From: Clostridia bacterium
Lineage (GTDB): Bacteria; Bacillota; Clostridia; Oscillospirales; Acutalibacteraceae
Assembly: GCA_024403955.1 (NCBI GenBank)
Contig: JAKSQX010000003.1
Coordinates: 1,818-65,817 of the forward strand
Direction: 5' to 3'
Length of the DNA: 64,000 nucleotides
The notes beneath the pieces were generated by a model that searched no databases, was not told the DNA's origin, and worked only from the letters and a program-made list of their open reading frames with translations. Shown piece by piece: positions 57,350 to 64,000 of the stretch (within the stretch, counting starts at the first letter, position 1; every line of letters starts with the position of its first letter). Both the position numbers and the translations under genes were made by a program.

Positions 57350-58840
57350 TTACTTTTTCTTAGCTGTTGGGATGAGTTCGCACTGTGAAAGAACCTTGTC
57401 GAAACGTGCGATACAGTCATCAATCATCTTTGGTGTATAAGCAGCTGATGTGTAGAGACGTGAGCCTGCGAGTGTTACTAGGCCTTCTGCCATGTAAGCT
57501 GCACCCATGTTCTGCATCTCAACCTGACGGATACCTGTTTGATTAAGGATGCCAGGGATTTCCCAAGCTTTCTTGAGGTCGATAGCGAATTGCATTGTAC
57601 CAACTGTGTCGAGGTGACAAACAGAACCTACGTTGAATGCTACGAATGGAAGGTTGTACTTCTTAATGCTGTCCTGGATACCCTTTGTGAGGCGGTCACC
57701 CATCTCACCAGCTACCTTACAAGCATTTCTCTTCTCAATTTCGCAGATTGCTGTGTAACCAGCAACGCATGAGATTGGAGTGGCAGCCATTGTACCACCG
57801 CACATAGCCTTCTTAACTTTCTTACCTGATGCATCAAGGCCAGCGCCGAGGTGTTTCATAACATCCTTATGACCACCAATTCCGCCTGCGCCTGGATAAC
57901 CACCAGCGATAATCTTACCAAAGATTGTGAGGTCTGGGTCGATGCCGTAGTAACCCTGAGCACCAGAGAGACCGATACGGAAACCAGATACAACCTCATC
58001 ACAGATGAGAAGTGCACCGTACTTGTGGCAGAGAGCCTCAACGCCCTTAACGAATTCCTTAGTTACAGGACGAGTAGCTGACTCTGGGCCGATTGGCTCG
58101 ATGAATACACCAGCTGTACCGCCGTTGAGCTCATTCATCTTGAGCTTTCTTTCAAGATCCTCAAGGTCGCCAGGGAAGAAGCCCTGTGTATGCTTGAATG
58201 CGTACATTGGGATACCCTTTGACTGAAGGTTCATTGTTCCTGGAACACGCATATCCCAAGCGATCATGTCTGACCAGCCGTGATAAGCGCCGCCCATCTT
58301 AAGGATGTTCTTGTGGCCTGTAGCAAGACGTGCAACACGCTCTGCGCACATGCAAGCCTCAGTACCTGAACCGAGCATACGGAACATCTCAACTGATGGA
58401 ACACACTCAGAGATCTTCTTAGCGAGTTTCATCTCATATTCATGAAAAAGACCTGTTGAAGGACCGCATGTATTGAGAAGGTCAATAACAGCTTCACGAA
58501 CAACTGGGTCGTTTGAGCCGAGGATTGTTGGACCACCAGCCTGGAGAAGGTCATAGTACTTGTTACCGTCGATATCATAGAGGTAAGCACCTTCAGCCTT
58601 TGTCATTACGATAGGGAATGGGTGGTTGAATGCGAGGTTGTGCTGTACACCACCAGGGATGTAGTTTCTAGCCTCTTCGATCATTGTCTTTGATTTCTGG
58701 CACTTCTTCTCGAAGTATTCTTCTTCGTAGTTCTTAAGAGCTGTTCTGTTGATAGAGTAAACAGGCTTCTTAATAAGGGCGTTAAGTTCATCATTGATGG
58801 CTTTAGCGTCTGGATATACGGAGATACCACAATTTGTCAT
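57350..58840 (-). CDS. class-III PLP aminotransferase/aminomutase (glutamate-1-semialdehyde aminomutase-like) with ~45-aa N-terminal extension
   Basis: IPGGVQHN, EGAYLYDIDGNKYYDLLQAGGPTILGS, DEVVSGFR and the PLP-lysine context FGKIIAGGYP. Confidence 0.85.
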   Translation of the reverse strand: MTNCGISVYPDAKAINDELNALIKKPVYSINRTALKNYEEEYFEKKCQKSKTMIEEARNYIPGGVQHNLAFNHPFPIVMTKAEGAYLYDIDGNKYYDLLQAGGPTILGSNDPVVREAVIDLLNTCGPSTGLFHEYEMKLAKKISECVPSVEMFRMLGSGTEACMCAERVARLATGHKNILKMGGAYHGWSDMIAWDMRVPGTMNLQSKGIPMYAFKHTQGFFPGDLEDLERKLKMNELNGGTAGVFIEPIGPESATRPVTKEFVKGVEALCHKYGALLICDEVVSGFRIGLSGAQGYYGIDPDLTIFGKIIAGGYPGAGGIGGHKDVMKHLGAGLDASGKKVKKAMCGGTMAATPISCVAGYTAICEIEKRNACKVAGEMGDRLTKGIQDSIKKYNLPFVAFNVGSVCHLDTVGTMQFAIDLKKAWEIPGILNQTGIRQVEMQNMGAAYMAEGLVTLAGSRLYTSAAYTPKMIDDCIARFDKVLSQCELIPTAKKK

Positions 58841-58875
58841 AATTTAACCCTCCAAATTTGAAATTAGTAGGCAGC

Positions 58876-58891
58876 GTGAGCGACTGCTCAC
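58876..58891. promoter_or_regulatory. operator palindrome GTGAGC-GACT-GCTCAC (copy 1)
   Basis: Perfect 6-bp arms, 36 nt upstream of the aminotransferase ATG. Same arms as copy 2. Confidence 0.6.
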
Positions 58892-58986
58892 AGTTTTACA
58901 ATAAAAGTATACCACTTATATGATTAAAAATAAAGGGTCAAGATGGTGTTGAATTTTACAAAAATAGTTGATATTATTTAGTTATA

Positions 58987-59002
58987 GTGAGCAATCGCTC
59001 AC
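58987..59002. promoter_or_regulatory. operator palindrome GTGAGC-AATC-GCTCAC (copy 2)
   Basis: Perfect 6-bp arms immediately upstream of the TetR gene RBS. Confidence 0.6.
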
Positions 59003-59017
59003 GGAATGAGGAAGATT

Positions 59018-59698
59018 ATGGACAAGGTTTATCATAAAGAGGCCTTTGACAGGGCGAGTGAGAAGTACAGGATAGCGGTGCTCACTGCTGGCATCAACGA
59101 GTTTTCCGAGCTGGGACTGGAAAAGGCAAATATCAACGTAATTGCAAAGAAGGCTGGTGTTTCAGTTGGTCTTCTTTATAAGTATTTTGACACCAAGGAG
59201 GACTACTTCTTCACTTGTGTTGAGGAGGCTATGAGAACCCTCGAGGATATCATTGAAGGTGTAGTAAATTCTAACGATAAAATTCTTGTTAGAGCTGAGA
59301 AACTCATCCGTGCCATCCAGGCAACTTCGGGTGCTGATTCCAAGTATGTTAAGCTCTACAATGAGATAACAAAAGTGTCTGAAATTGAGGGCGCTGCAGA
59401 ACTCGCGAAAAAGGTTGAGGGTATCTCCGCCACGACTTACAACGAGTTTATACTTGCTGCACAGAAAAATGGCGACATTCGCTCCGACTGTGACTGTGCC
59501 ATGTTCGCATTTTTCTTTGATACACTTCTTATGACTTTACAGTTCTCTTACACTTGCGATTATTATAGAGAACGCTTAAAATTATTCTGTGGTGAGGATA
59601 TCTTTGACAACGATGAGAGAATGGTCTCTGAACTCTTAAAGTTCCTCGAGGCGGCATTTACATTTGAACATGCCGACGTTAAGAAATTTGGTAAATAG
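59018..59698 (+). CDS. TetR/AcrR family transcriptional regulator
   Basis: HTH ANINVIAKKAGVSVGLLYKYFDTKEDYF. ATG 59018 follows GAGGAAG; ATG 59006 is the alternative. Confidence 0.85.
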   Translation: MDKVYHKEAFDRASEKYRIAVLTAGINEFSELGLEKANINVIAKKAGVSVGLLYKYFDTKEDYFFTCVEEAMRTLEDIIEGVVNSNDKILVRAEKLIRAIQATSGADSKYVKLYNEITKVSEIEGAAELAKKVEGISATTYNEFILAAQKNGDIRSDCDCAMFAFFFDTLLMTLQFSYTCDYYRERLKLFCGEDIFDNDERMVSELLKFLEAAFTFEHADVKKFGK

Positions 59699-59726
59699 TT
59701 TTTGAGATATAAAAGGGGAAACACTT

Positions 59727-61346
59727 ATGGGAAAGTACGTTATTGCCTATGATATAGGCACAACAGGCGTTAAGACCTGTCTCTTTGAGATTGACAAGAC
59801 AATCGTTCTCAAGGCTGCAGCATCTCATGGATATGGACTCTATATCCTTGAAGATGGTGGCGCAGAGCAGGACTTTGACGAGTGGTGGGAGGCAATGTCC
59901 GAAACCACAAAGGAAATCTTTGATTCTAAGGAAGTTAAGAAACTCAAAATATCTCCAAAGGATATCGAGGGTATCTCTTTCTGCTCACAGATGCAGGGAC
60001 TTGTATGCCTCGATAAGGACTGCAACGTAATTCGTCGTCCAATGTCCTATATGGACCAGCGCGCGAAAGAAGAGATTAAGAAGGGTATTGCAAACGGTAT
60101 TCAGATCGCTGGTGCAAATATCTTCAAACTTCTTCCATACCTCTACTTAACAGGTGCTGTTTCTTGCTCAGTTAAGGACCCAATCTGGAAGTACAAGTGG
60201 ATTGAGGCTCATGAGCCAGAGAATTTTGAGAAGATCTACAAGGTTGTTGACGTTAAGGAATCAATCATTGCTAAGATGACTGGCAAGATTATCATGACTC
60301 CTGACTCAGCATTTGGTCAGCTCCTCTATGACACACGTAAGGGTCATGAGGGCTGGAGTAAATTCGTATGTAAGATGGTGGGTGTAAACCCTGACCATCT
60401 CGCTGATATAGTTAAATCAACAGATGTAGTTGGTGGCCTCACAGAGGCAGCAGCTGCTGACCTCGGTCTTGTACCTGGTATTCCTGTATTCGGTGGTGGC
60501 GGAGACGCTTCACTCATCGGTGTTGGTGCAGGTGCAGTACTTCCAGGTGATACACATATCTACTCAGGTACATCCGGTTGGGTAGGCACAGTAGTTGAGA
60601 AGCAGACAGTTGATACTGGTGCTATGATTGCAGCTATTGTTGGTGCTCAAGAGGGCAAATTTAACTACTTCGCAGAGCACGAGACATCAGGTAAGTGCCT
60701 TGAGTGGGTTAAGAATCACTTGGCTCTTGATGAGATTGATATCTACCTTGAGAAGAAGGATGTTACTGAGTCCCCAGAGAACTTCGAAGAAGCTTATACA
60801 AGCCTCTACGACTATCTCTCAAAGGTTATGAATGAGACACCTGCAGGTTCTGAGGGTGTAATCTTCACACCTTGGCTCCACGGCAACCGTTGTCCATTTG
60901 AGGATCCTAATGCCGCTGGTATGTTCTTCAATATCAACCTTGAGACTGGTAAGCGTGACCTCATCCGTGCAGTAGTTGAGGGCGTATGCTTCCAGAACCG
61001 TTGGATGTATGAGCAGGAGGCAAAGAAGGTTCAGGTATCTGACACTGTACGTTTCGTAGGTGGCGGTGCTCTCTCTGATGTTACTTGCCAGATTCTCTCA
61101 GACGTTCTTCAGAAGAAAGTTGAGACTGTTGATAGCCCACAGAACGTAGGTGCAGTAGGTGCTGCAGCTGTTATCGGTGTAGGCATCGGCGCTATTCCAA
61201 ATCTCGAGGCTGTTAAGGAGTTCATCCCTGCAGCTAAGACATTTGAACCAAACCCAGCTAACAAGGCTGTATATGATAAGAACTTTGAAGTATTCAAGTC
61301 TCTCTATCCAAATAATAAGAAGGCTTTTAGAGCCCTCAATGCATAA
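59727..61346 (+). CDS. FGGY-family carbohydrate kinase (xylulokinase-like; substrate unknown)
   Basis: N-terminal YDIGTTGVKTCLF and C-terminal FVGGGALS motifs of FGGY kinases. 539 aa. Confidence 0.85.
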   Translation: MGKYVIAYDIGTTGVKTCLFEIDKTIVLKAAASHGYGLYILEDGGAEQDFDEWWEAMSETTKEIFDSKEVKKLKISPKDIEGISFCSQMQGLVCLDKDCNVIRRPMSYMDQRAKEEIKKGIANGIQIAGANIFKLLPYLYLTGAVSCSVKDPIWKYKWIEAHEPENFEKIYKVVDVKESIIAKMTGKIIMTPDSAFGQLLYDTRKGHEGWSKFVCKMVGVNPDHLADIVKSTDVVGGLTEAAAADLGLVPGIPVFGGGGDASLIGVGAGAVLPGDTHIYSGTSGWVGTVVEKQTVDTGAMIAAIVGAQEGKFNYFAEHETSGKCLEWVKNHLALDEIDIYLEKKDVTESPENFEEAYTSLYDYLSKVMNETPAGSEGVIFTPWLHGNRCPFEDPNAAGMFFNINLETGKRDLIRAVVEGVCFQNRWMYEQEAKKVQVSDTVRFVGGGALSDVTCQILSDVLQKKVETVDSPQNVGAVGAAAVIGVGIGAIPNLEAVKEFIPAAKTFEPNPANKAVYDKNFEVFKSLYPNNKKAFRALNA

Positions 61347-61355
61347 GGAAAAATA

Positions 61356-61838
61356 ATGAAAGTTTTATTTGTTTGTTCTCAGAATATGTGTCGCAGCCCA
61401 TACTGCGAGATGATGTTTAGAAAACTCGTAAATGAGAATGAAATCTTAAAAGATAAAGTTGAAGTTACACGCTCGTCGGCAGTTATGACGCCGGGCACGA
61501 GTATCGACCCACTCACTGTCGAAGCGCTCGTCAGAGAAGGCTTCGACAAGGACCAGGTCGAACTCCATCGTCCCGGCTTTATGTACCGTGCCGACGACAG
61601 GAAACTATTTGATGAGGCCGACATTATTGTCGGCATGACAAAATCCCATAAGTATATGATATTGAATCCTAAGTGGCGCAAGAAGTTTAAGACTTTATCT
61701 GAGGTTGCAATAGGCGAGTACAGAGCAGTACCAGATCCATGGCTTCAAAGAGACACGGAGAAGTATATTGCTGAGATGAATAAGATTAAGGCTTATTTGC
61801 TAAAGTTTAAAGATAATTTGGAGAATGAACTAAAATAA
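61356..61838 (+). CDS. low-molecular-weight phosphotyrosine-phosphatase-fold protein
   Basis: The P-loop VLFVCSQNMCRSP (CX5R-S) and a downstream VPDPW Asp motif. Starts 9 nt after the kinase gene. Confidence 0.8.
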   Translation: MKVLFVCSQNMCRSPYCEMMFRKLVNENEILKDKVEVTRSSAVMTPGTSIDPLTVEALVREGFDKDQVELHRPGFMYRADDRKLFDEADIIVGMTKSHKYMILNPKWRKKFKTLSEVAIGEYRAVPDPWLQRDTEKYIAEMNKIKAYLLKFKDNLENELK

Positions 61839-61880
61839 TTATTCATTATATGTGCAATATATGTGCAATACGTAAAAAAG

Positions 61881-61913
61881 CCCCTGAGACTTGTTCTCAG
61901 GGGTATTTTTTTT
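61881..61913 (+). terminator. intrinsic terminator after the kinase-phosphatase operon
   Basis: CCCCTGAGA / TCTCAGGGG stem followed by TATTTTTTTT. Confidence 0.85.
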
Positions 61914-61914
61914 A

Positions 61915-61943
61915 TTGATTTAAATTGCCAAATTATGTATAAT
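61915..61943 (+). promoter_or_regulatory. sigma-A promoter of the liv-type ABC operon
   Basis: TTGATT, 17 nt, TATAAT with TG immediately upstream. Confidence 0.55.
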
Positions 61944-62006
61944 CTACAAGTCATTGTTTTTAGGCAACTAAAAATGTAATTAATTATTTTAAAAGGAGTT
62001 TTTAAA

Positions 62007-63182
62007 ATGAAGAGAATTTTTGCACTCGCTCTTGCATTCCTCATGATCGTATGCTGCTTTACAGCATGCTCAGGTGGCGCAAAAGCTAATGATGAAAAGG
62101 TAATCCGTATTGGCGTATTTGAGCCAGCTTCAGGCGACTCAGGCGCAGGCGGAAAGAAGGAGACACTTGGTGTTCAGTATGCTAACTCTCAGGTTCCTAC
62201 TGTTGACATCAATGGTGAAACTTACAAAGTAGAACTCGTTTACGCTGATAACGGTTCTGACCAGGCTAAGGCTCCAGCAGCAGCTGCTGAGCTCGTTGGT
62301 AAGAACGTTGCTATCGTTCTTGGCTCTTATGGCTCAGGCGTTTCAATCGCTGCTTCTGAGACATTTAAGAACGCAGGTGTTGCTGCACTCGGTATCACAT
62401 GCACAAACCCTAACGTAACAGCTGGTAACGATCACTACTTCCGTATCTGCTTCCTTGATCCATTCCAGGGCACAGTACTTGCTAACTTCGCAACTGATAA
62501 GTTCGGCGCTAAGAAGGCTTACTGCCTCGGCGAACTTGGTAATGAGTATGACCAGGGTCTCATCAGCTTCTTCACAGAGGCTTTCGAGGCTGCAGGCGGC
62601 AAAGTAATCGCTGACTCTTTCCCAACAAACAACTCTGACTTCACATCTTATATCAACAAGGCTAAGTCAGAAGGTTGTGACGTATTCTTCTGCCCAGTAT
62701 CTATTGCATATTCAACACAGATTATTGCTCAGGCTGCTGCTCAGAAGGTTGACTTCCCAATCCTCGGTTCTGACACACTTGATGATAACATGGTTCTCGC
62801 AGCTGCTAAGGGCACAGATGTTAAACTCTACGTTTCAACATTCTATGCTGAAGGTGGTAACGCTGAATTCGATGCTGGTATCAAAGAGTACATCAATGCT
62901 AATGCAGACGCTAAGACAACAAACGGCGGCGACGATACAATCTCTGCTGTTACAGCAATGGGTTATGATGCTTACTTCGTAGCACTTGAGGCTATCAAGG
63001 CTGCTGGTTCAACATCTCCAGAAGCTATCAAGGCTGCTCTTCCATCAGTTACATATAAGGGTGTATCTGGTGACATCGCATTTGATGAGATCGGTGACGC
63101 TAAGCGTGACACAGCTTACATCAAGACAGCTGACACAGCTGCTGGTGCATGGGCATTCGAGACAATGCAGAAAGCAAAATAA
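62007..63182 (+). CDS. ABC transporter substrate-binding lipoprotein, Leu/Ile/Val-binding (type I PBP) family
   Basis: Signal peptide with lipobox (CCFTAC). IRIGVFEPASG...GSYGSG pattern, followed by a LivH-type permease. Confidence 0.85.
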   Translation: MKRIFALALAFLMIVCCFTACSGGAKANDEKVIRIGVFEPASGDSGAGGKKETLGVQYANSQVPTVDINGETYKVELVYADNGSDQAKAPAAAAELVGKNVAIVLGSYGSGVSIAASETFKNAGVAALGITCTNPNVTAGNDHYFRICFLDPFQGTVLANFATDKFGAKKAYCLGELGNEYDQGLISFFTEAFEAAGGKVIADSFPTNNSDFTSYINKAKSEGCDVFFCPVSIAYSTQIIAQAAAQKVDFPILGSDTLDDNMVLAAAKGTDVKLYVSTFYAEGGNAEFDAGIKEYINANADAKTTNGGDDTISAVTAMGYDAYFVALEAIKAAGSTSPEAIKAALPSVTYKGVSGDIAFDEIGDAKRDTAYIKTADTAAGAWAFETMQKAK

Positions 63183-63200
63183 TTTAGCTTTTCCTTATTT

Positions 63201-63230
63201 CGAAGGGGAGTGAAAACTCCCCTTCGACTT
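63201..63230 (+). terminator. hairpin/partial terminator between binding-protein and permease genes
   Basis: CGAAGGGGAG-TGAAAA-CTCCCCTTCG with only a weak T-tract. Probably an intra-operon attenuator. Confidence 0.5.
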
Positions 63231-63270
63231 TATGTTATTAAAACCCTTCTTCGTAAATTGAGGTGAATTT

Positions 63271-64000
63271 ATGGAATTCGCTGTATCTCAGATACTTTCG
63301 GGTATCTCCCTCGGCGGACAGTATGCACTTATCGCCATAGGCTATACTATGGTTTACGGCATACTTAGACTTATCAACTTTGCACATGGCGATGTTTTCA
63401 TGATTGCTGGTGTACTCATGGTTTACATGTCAGCATCCATGCCACTTTATATTTCTATCCCAGCCATGATTATTTTCACTGTACTTCTTGGTTTTCTTAT
63501 CGAGCGTGCTGCTTATAAGCCACTTCGATCAGCTCCTAGAATGTCAGTTATGATTTCGGCTATTGGTGTCAGCTATCTTCTTCAGAACCTGGCACTTTAT
63601 ATAACAGGTGGTCAGCCAAAGACCTACCCACGTATTCCTTGGATCTCAAAGACAATTACAATCTTTGGTGCTCGTACACACGTTGTAACTGTTGTTACAC
63701 CTTTCCTTGTAATTGCACTTGTTCTTATTCTCACATTGCTCATCGACAAGACAAAGATAGGTATCGCAATGAGAGCTGTATCTAAGGACTTTGAAACAAG
63801 CCAACTTATGGGCGTAAAAATTAATACTGTAATTTCAGTGACCTTCATCATCGGTTCCTTCCTTGCAGCAGTTGGTAGTGTGCTCTACTTCACAAACTAC
63901 CCAACAGTTGTTCCTATGTCAGGTGCTATGCCTGGTCTTAAGGCTTTCGTTGCTGCAGTATTCGGTGGTATCGGTTCAATCCCTGGCGCTGTTATCGGTG
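63271..64000 (+). CDS. livH: branched-chain amino acid ABC permease (LivH-like), N-terminal part; runs off the window
   Basis: My translation from ATG 63271 (after GAGGTG) gives MEFAVSQILSGISLGGQYALIAIGYTMVYGILRLINFAHGDVFMIAG, the typical LivH N-terminus. There is no stop before nt 64000, which is why it is absent from the ORF track. Confidence 0.85.
   Translation, partial: MEFAVSQILSGISLGGQYALIAIGYTMVYGILRLINFAHGDVFMIAGVLMVYMSASMPLYISIPAMIIFTVLLGFLIERAAYKPLRSAPRMSVMISAIGVSYLLQNLALYITGGQPKTYPRIPWISKTITIFGARTHVVTVVTPFLVIALVLILTLLIDKTKIGIAMRAVSKDFETSQLMGVKINTVISVTFIIGSFLAAVGSVLYFTNYPTVVPMSGAMPGLKAFVAAVFGGIGSIPGAVIG

Noticed and set aside
1-64000. Mobile elements, prophage, CRISPR-Cas, toxin-antitoxin or known defence systems
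   Set aside because: I saw no transposase, integrase or recombinase motifs, terminal inverted repeats, tRNA integration sites, repeat-spacer arrays, nuclease/ATPase defence-type gene pairs or compositional breaks. The window reads as core chromosome.

Overview
This 64-kb segment looks like core chromosome of a low/mid-GC Firmicute. By inference it is a Clostridia/Lachnospiraceae-type anaerobe: whiA, hprK, split pntAA/pntAB/pntB, a DUF4364 gene after mreB, a CooT-like gene, several TTG starts and strong AGGAGG-type RBSs. I call 55 protein genes (two cut by the window edges), one RNase P RNA and one unclassified promoter-to-terminator RNA unit, plus intrinsic terminators, sigma-A-like promoters and a pair of palindromic operators. 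Gene order: lepA-hemW; an LCP-family gene; rnpB; recD2-comFC; mreB; a MacB-type ABC exporter with a 1192-aa FtsX permease plus TetR; putP. Next is a ~10-kb nucleoside-salvage supercluster (pdp, BMP-type ABC importer, deoC, a patatin-like gene, deoD, deoB, cdd), then an OYE/enoate-reductase gene coupled to hprK and the pnt operon. After that: an operon of class-III aminotransferase plus split transketolase flanked by two SCP2-like paralogues; glcK-murB-whiA-dnaE; pfkA; a Na/Pi transporter; an eamA-pdxK-DUF362-His-rich-CooT operon; and two membrane-inserted M28 peptidase paralogues. The window ends with a TetR-controlled divergent locus (class-III aminotransferase, double class-II aldolase, FGGY kinase, LMW phosphatase) and the start of a liv-type amino-acid ABC importer. 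I saw no transposase, integrase, phage, CRISPR, toxin-antitoxin or recognisable defence genes, and composition looks uniform, so I cannot support an accessory or defence island here. The most unusual items are listed below; functional interpretations of them are inference only.
1. A PntB with a complete, diverged, in-frame tandem duplication of its NADP(H)-binding dIII domain.
2. The natural transketolase plus omega-type transaminase operon bracketed by two SCP2-like proteins.
3. The second aminotransferase/aldolase/kinase locus with two perfect GTGAGC-N4-GCTCAC operators.
4. An orphan CooT/His-rich/DUF362 cluster.
5. A stand-alone promoter-terminator RNA unit upstream of eamA-pdxK.
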